64,000 nucleotides of DNA from the NCBI GenBank assembly GCA_043803405.1, contig JAZDKB010000019.1, positions 1 through 64,000 of the forward strand, read 5' to 3'. Positions 41,439-51,180 of this stretch are shown here, piece after piece. The translations under genes and the position numbers were made by a program. The notes under the pieces are model-generated. The model was not told the DNA's origin. It was given only the letters and a program-made list of their open reading frames with translations, and made no database searches. This DNA comes from Spirochaetota bacterium. GTDB lineage: Bacteria; Spirochaetota; UBA4802; JAFGDQ01. Position 1 is the stretch's first letter; each line of letters opens with the position of its first letter.

Positions 41439-42374
41439 TTAAAATTTCTTAACGATACTTGCCCCTAAGTAGCTTTCTTGATAATAATTTTTATTATTAT
41501 TTAGATTTATGTTAAATGAAATGCTGCTTTCGTTCGCATTTTCTAGTTTTCCAATTTTTTTATCTAAGTAATGACTTGAAAAGAAAAATACATCTACTAA
41601 ATTTAAAGTATAAACCAGAGCAAAAGCACCAATAGATATTTTAGCCATTGTTGCTGAATCTTTGCTTTCTTTATAATTTTTTTCATATGTACTTACTGGT
41701 GAACCATCTGGTGTTTTTTCATATGTAGACCTTTTCTCAGTGTAATTATAGATAGAATATCCCATGAAAGCTCCTGATAAAATGAAGCTCCCCATAAATA
41801 TGCATCCGTTTACCTTTCTCCCAACATAAAATTGTCCAAGTCCAGGGACAATGCTTCTTGCATAATAGCCTGTTTTAGATAGTGGAGTTAATATGTCTTT
41901 ATCTCCAGATATGATTCTATGCGCAAGATCCTTTGCGAGATCTGCAGCAGTTTTGTCAACATCATCTATAGACGGAGATTCACCTCTTGATGAAAATAGA
42001 GATACACCGCTTTCAACATCAACGTATCTAACATTTATTAAAATTGACTTTGTAATAGATGAAACTTCACCAACTACTATTTTTCTTGCTGATAAAAGTT
42101 TCCCAAACTGAACAGCACATGCAGAATCAGTACAACCGGACATTTGTAGCTCTTGTTCTTTAAGAATTTCTTCCATTTGTGCTCTTTCGACAACAACAAA
42201 GTTACCAATATTAATAAATTCTGAGCGAAATATTTCAGATATTGCATTTGATACAATTTTAGGAACGCCATTTGGCGCGAAATCAAGAACTGCGATAGTT
42301 ACTTTATCCTCAGAAAAAGCAGTAGAAATAAATGATAAAAAGAATAAAACAAATAAAAACCTAAACCTTTGCAT
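41439..42374 (-). CDS. CsgG/FlgO-like domain protein with hydrophobic C-terminal region
   Basis: IAVLDF, VVERAQMEEILKEQELQMSGCTDSACAVQFGKLL; SIVPGLGQFY. Confidence 0.75.
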   Translation of the reverse strand: MQRFRFLFVLFFLSFISTAFSEDKVTIAVLDFAPNGVPKIVSNAISEIFRSEFINIGNFVVVERAQMEEILKEQELQMSGCTDSACAVQFGKLLSARKIVVGEVSSITKSILINVRYVDVESGVSLFSSRGESPSIDDVDKTAADLAKDLAHRIISGDKDILTPLSKTGYYARSIVPGLGQFYVGRKVNGCIFMGSFILSGAFMGYSIYNYTEKRSTYEKTPDGSPVSTYEKNYKESKDSATMAKISIGAFALVYTLNLVDVFFFSSHYLDKKIGKLENANESSISFNINLNNNKNYYQESYLGASIVKKF

Positions 42375-42555
42375 GCTAATCCTCCAATATTTTTATCCAT
42401 TTTTAAATCGTTACTATTGCTCAAGAACAAAATTACGCTAAAATAATTTCAACTTAGGAAATGTAAATTCTTATCATTTTATTTTGTGTCCCACTGTCAA
42501 GTGAATACCATCATTATACACACAACCGAATCTGACTCACTTCAGCAATTTTAAT

Positions 42556-44193
42556 TTAATAATCAAATTTAGCATACTTCAAACTTCCATTAGTACCATC
42601 ATGATAACTGATATGCGGATTATCATTGATATCAAGGGCTATTGAAGAATATTTGCCAACAGTTCCATTTCTATCCACTGGTATTATTAACCAGTTATTT
42701 CCAGTCCATCTGGCATATTTTAAATTTCCGTTAGTTTCATCATAGTAAGTGATATGCGGGTAATCATTACTATCTAGAGCAAGTGAAGAATATTTACCAA
42801 CATCTCCATTACTATCCACAATTACTATTGACCAATTACTTCCATTCCAACTGGCGTATTTTAAATTGGTATTAGTCGCATCATAGTAGCTGATATGCGG
42901 ATTATCGTTACTATCAATGGCTAATAAAGAATAACATCCAACATTATCATTAGAATCCACAGTTGCTATTGACCAATTACTACCTGTCCATCTGGCATAT
43001 TTCAAATAATCATTATTTGTGTCATAATAACTTATGTGAGGATTATTATTACTATCAAGAGTTATTGAATTATCTAAACCAACATATGGTGCATCTATAC
43101 TATCGAATGTCCAGCTAGTCTCCGTCCATTTAGCATACATTAATATGCCAAGCTCCAGATCACAGTAACTGATGTGAGGATTCCCACTACTGTCAATAAC
43201 TAGGGAAGTATCATATCCAATATAAGCACTATCTACAGTTGCTATTGACCAGCTACTCCCAGTCCATCTGGCATATTTTAAATCTCTGTTTGAGCTTGCA
43301 TCCAAATAGCTAATATGCGGTCTATTATTGTTGTCAATAGCTATTGAAGTATAAAGACCTAAATTTACTCCAGTGTCTATAGTTGATATTGACCAAGTGC
43401 TTCCGGTCCATCGTGCATATTTTAAATTACCATTAGAATAATTGTTATTATGATAATAATAACTGATATGCGGATTATCATTACTGTCCAGAGCTATTGA
43501 AGAGTATTCTCCAACAGTCCTATTAGGATCCACTGTCTCTTTTAACCATGATTTACCATTAATTGTAACCATATTTTCAAGTTCTACTTTATCAATATTT
43601 ATGTTTACAGTCGTAGTTTCTCCTGCTTTAATTTCAAAAGTAATTGATGTTGGTGACTGTACAAAATCAAAATAAAGAGTATCAACAGCATTCATATCAT
43701 ATGTATTCAGGTAGACATCCTGTCTCCAGAACTCAATAGCATAATCTTCTTTTTGCTCTAGTTTTAAAGAATAAATACCGGGTTTAAAATCTCTTAATTT
43801 GAAATAGTCATTATATAACAATACAGAACTATTTTTATTGTCTAAATATTCTCCAAGTGAGCACCAAGCTCCTGTATTGCTATAATTATGATATGTCTCT
43901 GTACCAGTTAAAGTAGCTTCAACATTAAAATTTATACAGGAACTAACACTATAAAAATTTGTAGTCGAGCTGGTCAAATAATTATACTGGTTTGCAATTT
44001 CTGTAATCGAATTAAAGTTCAAGTAGATATTTAAATCAATCTTCCCCATAGTCTCTGTTCCTGCCGAGTTATTATTAGCATCTCCACCAGAACAGGAAAT
44101 AATATTTAAGGAGAGTAAAATACATACACTAATAAAAAAAGTGGGTATAAAGTGTTTTACAATAGTAAAATTTTTAATTACAGATAATTTCAT
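42556..44193 (-). CDS. Lipoprotein with C-terminal repeat beta-propeller
   Basis: IISC lipobox; about seven repeats of SIALDSNDNPHISYYD...LKYARWTG. Confidence 0.75.
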   Translation of the reverse strand: MKLSVIKNFTIVKHFIPTFFISVCILLSLNIISCSGGDANNNSAGTETMGKIDLNIYLNFNSITEIANQYNYLTSSTTNFYSVSSCINFNVEATLTGTETYHNYSNTGAWCSLGEYLDNKNSSVLLYNDYFKLRDFKPGIYSLKLEQKEDYAIEFWRQDVYLNTYDMNAVDTLYFDFVQSPTSITFEIKAGETTTVNINIDKVELENMVTINGKSWLKETVDPNRTVGEYSSIALDSNDNPHISYYYHNNNYSNGNLKYARWTGSTWSISTIDTGVNLGLYTSIAIDNNNRPHISYLDASSNRDLKYARWTGSSWSIATVDSAYIGYDTSLVIDSSGNPHISYCDLELGILMYAKWTETSWTFDSIDAPYVGLDNSITLDSNNNPHISYYDTNNDYLKYARWTGSNWSIATVDSNDNVGCYSLLAIDSNDNPHISYYDATNTNLKYASWNGSNWSIVIVDSNGDVGKYSSLALDSNDYPHITYYDETNGNLKYARWTGNNWLIIPVDRNGTVGKYSSIALDINDNPHISYHDGTNGSLKYAKFDY

Positions 44194-44346
44194 AACTTTC
44201 TCCTTGTTTATTTATTTTAAAATATTTTGTTTACTTGTATTATTTTATTTATAACAAATAAAAATTACTGTTCTTATTGCTTTTCTTTAAATAAATTTTT
44301 AATAGTTAAGATAGTAAAATGTTATCTTGTAGTTTAAATTGAATAT

Positions 44347-44811
44347 TTACATTAGTAATATAAGTAGACACGCAAGACCAGCTAATATCCATCCCCATCT
44401 AGAACAAGAACTACTCTCATTATTTGTATTGGAAGTAGATGTATTAGTAGAACTATATGAATTGGTTGAATTATTTGTCTTAGACTCTAAAATTATAAGC
44501 CGATTCTTTGCGGTTTCTAAATTTATTTTTGCAATCTCAACTTTTCTTTCTGCTTCAGCACGGCTCATTCTATTTACAGTGCGGGTAAAGGGGGCAAATT
44601 TACTTTTTGACAATGACATAATAATATCGCCGGAAGTTGTTGTTGCTGTTGTTTCATTATACTCCTTAATAGCGTTATTATATTCTTCCAATGCTTGATT
44701 ATATTCTCTTCGTGCCTCTTCAAGAGATGATTGGGATAAAATTTGTTTTGGAAGTAAAAATAAAAATATATAAATGAAAAAAATAAAAAGTAGGCAAATC
44801 CTGCTTTTCAT
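44347..44811 (-). CDS. Hypothetical exported protein with coiled coil, S/T/N-rich linker and C-terminal TM anchor
   Basis: Signal peptide; GGAG RBS; ECF-type motif upstream. Confidence 0.55.
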   Translation of the reverse strand: MKSRICLLFIFFIYIFLFLLPKQILSQSSLEEARREYNQALEEYNNAIKEYNETTATTTSGDIIMSLSKSKFAPFTRTVNRMSRAEAERKVEIAKINLETAKNRLIILESKTNNSTNSYSSTNTSTSNTNNESSSCSRWGWILAGLACLLILLM

Positions 44812-44850
44812 AAAATATCTCCATTGTTAATTTTTTATTAAATTTCTGGG

Positions 44851-44885
44851 TATAAGTGAAAAAATTTGGGAGATCGTCACAAAAA
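44851..44885 (-). promoter_or_regulatory. Putative ECF sigma promoter, copy 2
   Basis: Minus strand TTTTTGTGACGAT-N13-TCACTTATA, matching 49454-49488. Confidence 0.6.
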
Positions 44886-45000
44886 AAATGAGGAATTATT
44901 TAAAAAAATTGTGTTTTTGGTAAGAAGTATGCTGGAATATAATTTTTAAAAAGCTGAGGGTTTATTAATCTATTTAAGTTTTATTAAATTATCACTATAA

Positions 45001-45975
45001 TCAGTAGCTTAAATACCAAATATCGCGTTTATAGGTTAAGCCATGATATTCGTCATATCCCCCAATTAACCATATTTTATCATTAAAAACTTGACTGACA
45101 TGGCTATAGCGAAAACTCCATAGTGTAGTTAGATCAGTTTGAGTCCAGTTAATACCATCAGAGGTATACCAAACATCATTGTATTCAGTTGAGATATTTC
45201 CATTTATACCACCCATAATCCAGATTCTGTTTTTGTAGACAGCGATGCTATGCCTGTCTCGCGGTACCCATTGAGCAGACGGCGTTACTTGAATCCAATT
45301 TATTCCGTTGATACTGTACCAGACATCATTTTTATCACTATCATCGTAACCACCAATTACCCACATTTTATTGTCAAAAACAACACTAAGATGATCATTC
45401 CGCCCCGTCCAGTTTGCTGCTGCTGTCGCTTGTATCCAGTATGTTCCATTGTCACTGTACCAAACATCATTTAATCTATTACCATTCCATCCGCCCATAA
45501 CCCATATTTTATTATCAAATACAACGCTGGATTGATCACGCCGGATACCCCAGGATGCGGACGCTATCGCCTGGGTCCAAGTAATGCCATTATCACTGTA
45601 CCAGACATCATTTTTAAGACTGTCATGAAATCCGCCTCCGATTACCCACATCTTGTTATCAAATACTACGCTTGTATGCTCATAGCGCGCTCCCCATTGA
45701 GCAGATGCTGTTGCCTGATGCCAGTTTATGCCGTCTTCGCTATACCAGACATCATTTTTCATGTTGCTACTGCTTCCTTCATACCCGCCCATTATCCACA
45801 TTTTATTATCAAAAACTACACTGGTATGAGATATTCGTCCGCTCCATGAAGTATTTTCAACTGCTCTTATCCAACTGCCAGATATATTATTATAGTCAAT
45901 TTCTTCCAGTGAGCCGGTGCAGGAAACAATGATAAGCGTAAATATTATTAAAACTATATGAAATAACCTCTTCAT
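45001..45975 (-). CDS. Kelch-repeat lipoprotein
   Basis: IVSC lipobox; six repeats of SVVFDNKMWVIGG...NDVWYS.DG..W. Confidence 0.85.
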   Translation of the reverse strand: MKRLFHIVLIIFTLIIVSCTGSLEEIDYNNISGSWIRAVENTSWSGRISHTSVVFDNKMWIMGGYEGSSSNMKNDVWYSEDGINWHQATASAQWGARYEHTSVVFDNKMWVIGGGFHDSLKNDVWYSDNGITWTQAIASASWGIRRDQSSVVFDNKIWVMGGWNGNRLNDVWYSDNGTYWIQATAAANWTGRNDHLSVVFDNKMWVIGGYDDSDKNDVWYSINGINWIQVTPSAQWVPRDRHSIAVYKNRIWIMGGINGNISTEYNDVWYTSDGINWTQTDLTTLWSFRYSHVSQVFNDKIWLIGGYDEYHGLTYKRDIWYLSY

Positions 45976-46050
45976 AGGAATTACCTTTTGAACATAATAA
46001 TTGATCATGGTTTATAACATAGATGTAACCTTCATATAGGATGTTATATT

Positions 46051-47022
46051 TTAATATATGTACCAGACATCGCGAAAATTATTTACCGTATCATATCCGC
46101 CAAGTATCCATATTTTATTATCATATACTTCGCTTCTGAAGCAATAACGGGCAATCCAGTTTACAATTGCTGTACTCTGGGTCCATGTAATACCATTTCC
46201 GCTGTACCAGACATCATTATTTAATCCATCATTATCTAATCCACCCAGAATCCATATTCTATTATTAAACACTACACTTGTATAATAAGCACGGCCTGTC
46301 CAGGTTGCGTTTGACGTAGCTTGAGTCCATGTAATACCGTCAGCGCTGTACCAAACATCGTTTTTATATCCAGAAGCATCCCAACCACCGATTACCCATA
46401 TTTTATTATCAAAAACGACACTCGTTTGCCAATATCGGGCTGTCCAATTCGCGCTAGCTGTAGCTTGAGTCCACGTAATGCCATCTACGCTATACCAAAC
46501 ATCGTTATTCCTTGTACTACTACTATTATTCATTCCACCAATTAGCCACATTTTATTATCAAAAACAACACATGTGTGAGCTGACCGTGCACTCCAATTC
46601 GCACTCGCTGTAGCCTGTGTCCAAATGATGCCATCTTCACTGTACCATACATCATTTTTGTCAGTACCACCATTTCCACCGATTACCCATATTTTATTAT
46701 TATATGCCATACTTACAAGTTCAGTTCGGGGACTCCAGTTCGCATTTGCAGTAGCCTGAGTCCATGTAATACCGTTAGTGGTGTACCATACATCATTCTT
46801 ATACCCAGATTCATATCCACCGATAATCCACAATTTATTATCAAAAACCACACTTGCATGTGTTCTTCTGGCACTCCAATTCGCACTTGCTGTAGCTTGT
46901 GTCCAGCTATTTTGAGATAATGGATTGGTGTTTTTATTATAGTCAATCTCTTCAAGTGAACCGGTGCAGGAAACAATGACAAGAGTAAATATCAATAATA
47001 CAATATATAACAGCTTATTCAT
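46051..47022 (-). CDS. Kelch-repeat lipoprotein (paralog of 45001)
   Basis: Same IVSCTGSLEEIDYN N-terminus; six kelch repeats. Confidence 0.85.
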   Translation of the reverse strand: MNKLLYIVLLIFTLVIVSCTGSLEEIDYNKNTNPLSQNSWTQATASANWSARRTHASVVFDNKLWIIGGYESGYKNDVWYTTNGITWTQATANANWSPRTELVSMAYNNKIWVIGGNGGTDKNDVWYSEDGIIWTQATASANWSARSAHTCVVFDNKMWLIGGMNNSSSTRNNDVWYSVDGITWTQATASANWTARYWQTSVVFDNKIWVIGGWDASGYKNDVWYSADGITWTQATSNATWTGRAYYTSVVFNNRIWILGGLDNDGLNNDVWYSGNGITWTQSTAIVNWIARYCFRSEVYDNKIWILGGYDTVNNFRDVWYIY

Positions 47023-47049
47023 AAATAAAACCTATTATTATAAAAGATT

Positions 47050-48042
47050 CTAAAACCGAATCAACAAACCTGCTCCATAGAAATTTTCTTGTTTATTTTG
47101 ATTATATCCATTAAAACCTGAAGTGTATATTAACGGAATAACCGGCATATAATTACTTCCGGAAGAGGCTAATTCGACCGGTTTGGAAGTAAAATATTTA
47201 TAAATAAAAAATACTGCTAAAATAGTTGTTCCTATGCCAGCTCCATATAAAATATTTCTTGTCTTTTCATACTTATCTGCGTCTTCCTTTTTGCTGGTCA
47301 TACTATTTTGAAGTGAGGCCGCTTCATTTGGGTCAGTTGTCGTGTGGTACCTGTCTGCAAGACTGTTATAATCCGAGATTGTGCTTTTAAGTTTCGTGTC
47401 AAAATAATATCCGGTTCCGGCTAAACCTGCCGAAATGACAATAAAACTTATAGATAAAAATCCATAAGTTCCTTTTCTTGTTGATGGTTCACTTTTTATT
47501 AGCGGTTTTTCATCTTTTCCTTTATCAGTAATTATTACTTCTTTCCGATTTGCAACATTTCCCGATAATCTACCGGCAATTTGTTTAACTGCATCCTCAA
47601 TATCATCCTCTGTTGCAGCTTTTTCAGTCTCAGCCAGAATTATGCTGCCTTTGCTGATATCCACCATTTTGACGGAAAGAGTATATGTTTTAATTTTAGA
47701 AAGACTTCCAACCACTACAAGGTCAGCAGAAAGCAGTTTCCCGACCTGAACTAAACATGAAGTATCGGTACAACCGGACATCTGGAGGCCTTGTTCCTTC
47801 AGTATAAGGTCTATCATGCTTCTTTCAAGAACAACAAACGCAGCGCTTTTATGAAGATTGATTTCAAGGGTATCCCTGGCAATGTCCGCGTATGATTTGG
47901 GAGCGTTTTTTGCGTCAAAATTAAATACGGCAATCCGTTTCTTTTCATTTGCCGATAAAGAAATATTATTAAAAATAATACTAAAAATAAATATAAAAAA
48001 CGCCAGCCGATTAAATATTGTCATTTTAATATCCTGATTCAT
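47050..48042 (-). CDS. CsgG/FlgO-like domain protein with hydrophobic C-terminal region
   Basis: IAVFNF, VLERSMIDLILKEQGLQMSGCTDTSCLVQVGKLL. Confidence 0.75.
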   Translation of the reverse strand: MNQDIKMTIFNRLAFFIFIFSIIFNNISLSANEKKRIAVFNFDAKNAPKSYADIARDTLEINLHKSAAFVVLERSMIDLILKEQGLQMSGCTDTSCLVQVGKLLSADLVVVGSLSKIKTYTLSVKMVDISKGSIILAETEKAATEDDIEDAVKQIAGRLSGNVANRKEVIITDKGKDEKPLIKSEPSTRKGTYGFLSISFIVISAGLAGTGYYFDTKLKSTISDYNSLADRYHTTTDPNEAASLQNSMTSKKEDADKYEKTRNILYGAGIGTTILAVFFIYKYFTSKPVELASSGSNYMPVIPLIYTSGFNGYNQNKQENFYGAGLLIRF

Positions 48043-48119
48043 ATATATTTTATAATATTTTTGTAATATTTTTAATATATAATCAAAATTGTCAACTTAG
48101 TCTTTGTTTTCGAGAAAAT

Positions 48120-48920
48120 TTATTTCCATTCAATTTCTTTAAGGATAGTTTCTGCAATGCCAGTGCATTTAACATCGATTTCATTAGCTGAATCAATTGT
48201 TTCGGTAACGCCGAAAATCACTTTTGAGTCTCCTACATCAATTACTTTCGCAGTGATAATTATTTTTTTTCCAAGACCGGACACTGAACCTGAAAGAATT
48301 CTGTTAAATCTAAGTCCCTTCTGGTTTTTGCTTAGATCAATAACCTTTCCTTGTCCAAGTGTGCGTAAAAGTTCATTATGTATATTATCTGTTACAGTTT
48401 TTGATAAGCTGCTTTCAATATTTTTTGCTGAAAAAAGATTTACACCCAGCCTGTATTTAACATTTTTATTATCACTCAAAATAGATTTTTCTTGAATTGC
48501 CTTATTCTCATCTTTTATAATATCTTTTAAATGTTTAGAGTTATCCTGTTCTGCGCTGAAATCAACCAATATTTGACTGTCGGACTTGTCGGATAATTCA
48601 GAGTTATTATTCTTTATATATTCAGCGGAAAATAATATTGCTGCTGTTAATATTCCGGCTGTGATTATTGAAATAATACCCAATATTATTTTACTTTGTT
48701 TAATGGAAAACCTAAGTTTTAGTTTATAGGAAAGAAAAAATATCCTGACAGCCAGGCCATAGATTAAATTATATTCGCCAAAATTCTGTAGTGTTTTAAT
48801 AAGTGCTTTTTGTTCATAACGAACAATAAATACCTTCACATCATTAGGCAGGAACTGCTTAAATCTGAATCTTAGTAAAAGCTTTTCAAATGTGCTTATG
48901 TTATTAATGCCATTGCTCAT
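48120..48920 (-). CDS. Putative anti-sigma factor with single TM and periplasmic FlgO/CsgG-like domain
   Basis: Overlaps the ECF stop codon; one TM; GSVSGLGKKIIITAKVIDV. Confidence 0.65.
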   Translation of the reverse strand: MSNGINNISTFEKLLLRFRFKQFLPNDVKVFIVRYEQKALIKTLQNFGEYNLIYGLAVRIFFLSYKLKLRFSIKQSKIILGIISIITAGILTAAILFSAEYIKNNNSELSDKSDSQILVDFSAEQDNSKHLKDIIKDENKAIQEKSILSDNKNVKYRLGVNLFSAKNIESSLSKTVTDNIHNELLRTLGQGKVIDLSKNQKGLRFNRILSGSVSGLGKKIIITAKVIDVGDSKVIFGVTETIDSANEIDVKCTGIAETILKEIEWK

Positions 48921-49432
48921 AGAAGATCCTCAATATTCCTGATGCCTTTTTTACTGAGATTGTCGATTATTTTATCAACTATATGCCTGTATTTATACTC
49001 TACCTGGCGTTTAGTAAGTCCCATTTGCCTTCCGGCCTCAGTATAGCTATAGTTATAAACAGCAACAAGATCGAATAGATTCTTTTCTTCATCGCTATTG
49101 AAATTGGCCATGTCTTCCATAGCTTCGCTAATTATTATCCGGGCATCTCTGAATCCGTTGACGAACGTTAAACTTATATCTTTAAAAACATCGTCGATAT
49201 CAATATCTCCTTTCTCCTTTCTATAAAATTCTAATACAACGTTTCTTAAAGTGCCATAAAGCCATTTGCGGCTATCAATAATTTTTTCATAATTTTCAAA
49301 GAATCTTATAAATACTTCCTGGCAAATATCTTTAGTGTCATCTATATTCTCAACCTTGGTGTAAACAGTGCTGAATATCAATGAATAATATCTTTTGTGA
49401 TCTTCAGTAAACCGGTCTTTTTTTTTGCTCAT
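48917..49432 (-). CDS. ECF sigma-70 factor
   Basis: DICQEVFIRF, WLYGTLRN (region 2); YSYTEAGRQMG (region 4); 171 aa. Confidence 0.85.
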   Translation of the reverse strand: MSKKKDRFTEDHKRYYSLIFSTVYTKVENIDDTKDICQEVFIRFFENYEKIIDSRKWLYGTLRNVVLEFYRKEKGDIDIDDVFKDISLTFVNGFRDARIIISEAMEDMANFNSDEEKNLFDLVAVYNYSYTEAGRQMGLTKRQVEYKYRHIVDKIIDNLSKKGIRNIEDLL

Positions 49433-49453
49433 TGTTTATATGTTGTATATAAA

Positions 49454-49488
49454 TATAAGTGACTTTTTAATATAAATCGTAACAAAAA
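49454..49488 (-). promoter_or_regulatory. Putative autoregulatory ECF promoter
   Basis: Minus strand TTTTTGTTACGAT-N13-TCACTTATA, about 20 bp upstream of the sigma start. Confidence 0.6.
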
Positions 49489-49888
49489 TTTATTGTTAAG
49501 AAATTGAATTAAATGGGACACTTTTTGATAATCCATATATATAAAACTAATATTATTTAGCTTTAAAGATTAGGATTCATAGGATATCCTATGTTATGAA
49601 TTGTAAAATGAAGTATTGGTGAATATATGGGTATTAATCATCCAGGTTAATATTCAATAAAATATTTTTACTGATTCTAAATGAAGAAGTTTTACTTTCT
49701 TCAATAAACCGATGTAATGAATAAAGTTTTTATACTATATTTAATTAATAATATTTTTGTTTTCTACGAAAATAATACAAATTATAATTTTTGTTATACA
49801 AAAACAAGTATTTTTTAGTTAATTTTTAAGATTCATCCCTCAATTCAAGATAAATACAGGGTTTTAAATCATTTACTATTGTTTGAAT

Positions 49889-50719
49889 TTAATAATATTT
49901 TACTTCCATTTTAATTTTGTTGTAAATTTCTTGCTGGTGCGGTTCCCAATGAGTTATGATTCTCTTGTACTCTTTTTTAGGTAATACAATTATTCCACTG
50001 GTTTTAGTTTCCCTAACTGAAAATGATGAAATCAGATTAAATATATTTTTTAATTTTATTTCAAAATTATTTTTTTTATCTTCATCATCATATAAAGAGT
50101 TTGATAAATCTAAATTTTTTTTAAATTTTGAAAAAATATCACCAAGACTTTTCCCCTGATCTAAAAACCATATCTGTGACCATAGGTCGTATGGTCTATT
50201 GGCAATAGGAGTGCCAGTCATTATTACCCTTCGTGCAAACGTAGGGGCAATTTTAAAAAAAGATTTTGTTAGTGAAGATTTTGGATTTTTTAATTTTACG
50301 GATTCGTCTAAAATAATTCCAACTGGTCTTGTCTTATTAAATAAATCAATTCTTTCAATTTCACTTTTTATAACTTCATAATTGCAAAGAATAACTTTGG
50401 CAGGACTATTAAAAACATAATAATTTGAGTGCTTATTCTGAGATAATATTTTCGGATGCAGATAAGTGTGAAAAGATAATTCTTTTTCCCAATTCTTTAA
50501 CAAACTTTTTTTTACTACTATAAATACTGTGTCTATTATCTTTTTTTCAAACCAGTATAAAATTAAATCAATAGCAATTTTGGTTTTTCCTAATCCTTGT
50601 TCGTGAAATATTGCTGCATATTCTAAATCACATATTTCATCTTTTGCGTTTTTTTGGTATGGAAATGCCGCCAATTTTTCCTTATAATTTGGTTCAATTT
50701 TTAATTTTATTCTTCCCAT
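49889..50719 (-). pseudogene. SNF2-family helicase, N-terminal domain only (truncated)
   Basis: EQGLGKT, DES, MTGTP, DLWSQ present; stops at 276 aa with no helicase C-terminal domain visible in downstream frames. Confidence 0.75.
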
Positions 50720-51168
50720 ATGGCGGAGTAATTTTTAATTTCTAAATTGATAATATCACAGATAATTATATAATTAATATCTTTTGCATCTATTTCAATA
50801 TCATTTAAGAAGTATTTAATTAACTGATTTGAATTCCTTAAATTTTTCCAAGGGACAGCAAGAATAAATAATGAGTTTTCATTACTTTTACAAAATTTTA
50901 AAAATGCCTTTATTTGATCTTCTGCATGATTCCAATATTTTTCTAATTCTTGACTTATCTTCGCTTCACCAATAACATAATTTTTATTACTTCTATAATT
51001 TATTCGAGCATATATATCCGGACAATAATTTTCAATTCTTTTAGGTTTGTTTATAATTGTTGAGTCAGATGTATCACTCATCAATAAAACATTATTTGAA
51101 TTATATTTTGAGAATATCCATTCCTTTATATTCTGTACAAGTAATATATGCTTATCAGATTCTGGCAT
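50707..51168 (-). CDS. Small PD-(D/E)xK-like nuclease candidate
   Basis: PDIYA...IGEAK motif. Confidence 0.55.
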   Translation of the reverse strand: MPESDKHILLVQNIKEWIFSKYNSNNVLLMSDTSDSTIINKPKRIENYCPDIYARINYRSNKNYVIGEAKISQELEKYWNHAEDQIKAFLKFCKSNENSLFILAVPWKNLRNSNQLIKYFLNDIEIDAKDINYIIICDIINLEIKNYSAIWEE

Positions 51169-51180
51169 CGATCATCTATA

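Noticed and set aside
46009..46050. TATAACAT...ATGTTATA inverted repeat between the kelch genes as an integron attC
   Set aside because: About 40 bp, too short for attC; no array of such sites and no IntI-type integrase evident.
42556..47022. Periodic DNA repeats that could suggest a CRISPR array
   Set aside because: They are degenerate, in-frame coding repeats of propeller blades; no identical repeats with unique spacers and no cas genes.
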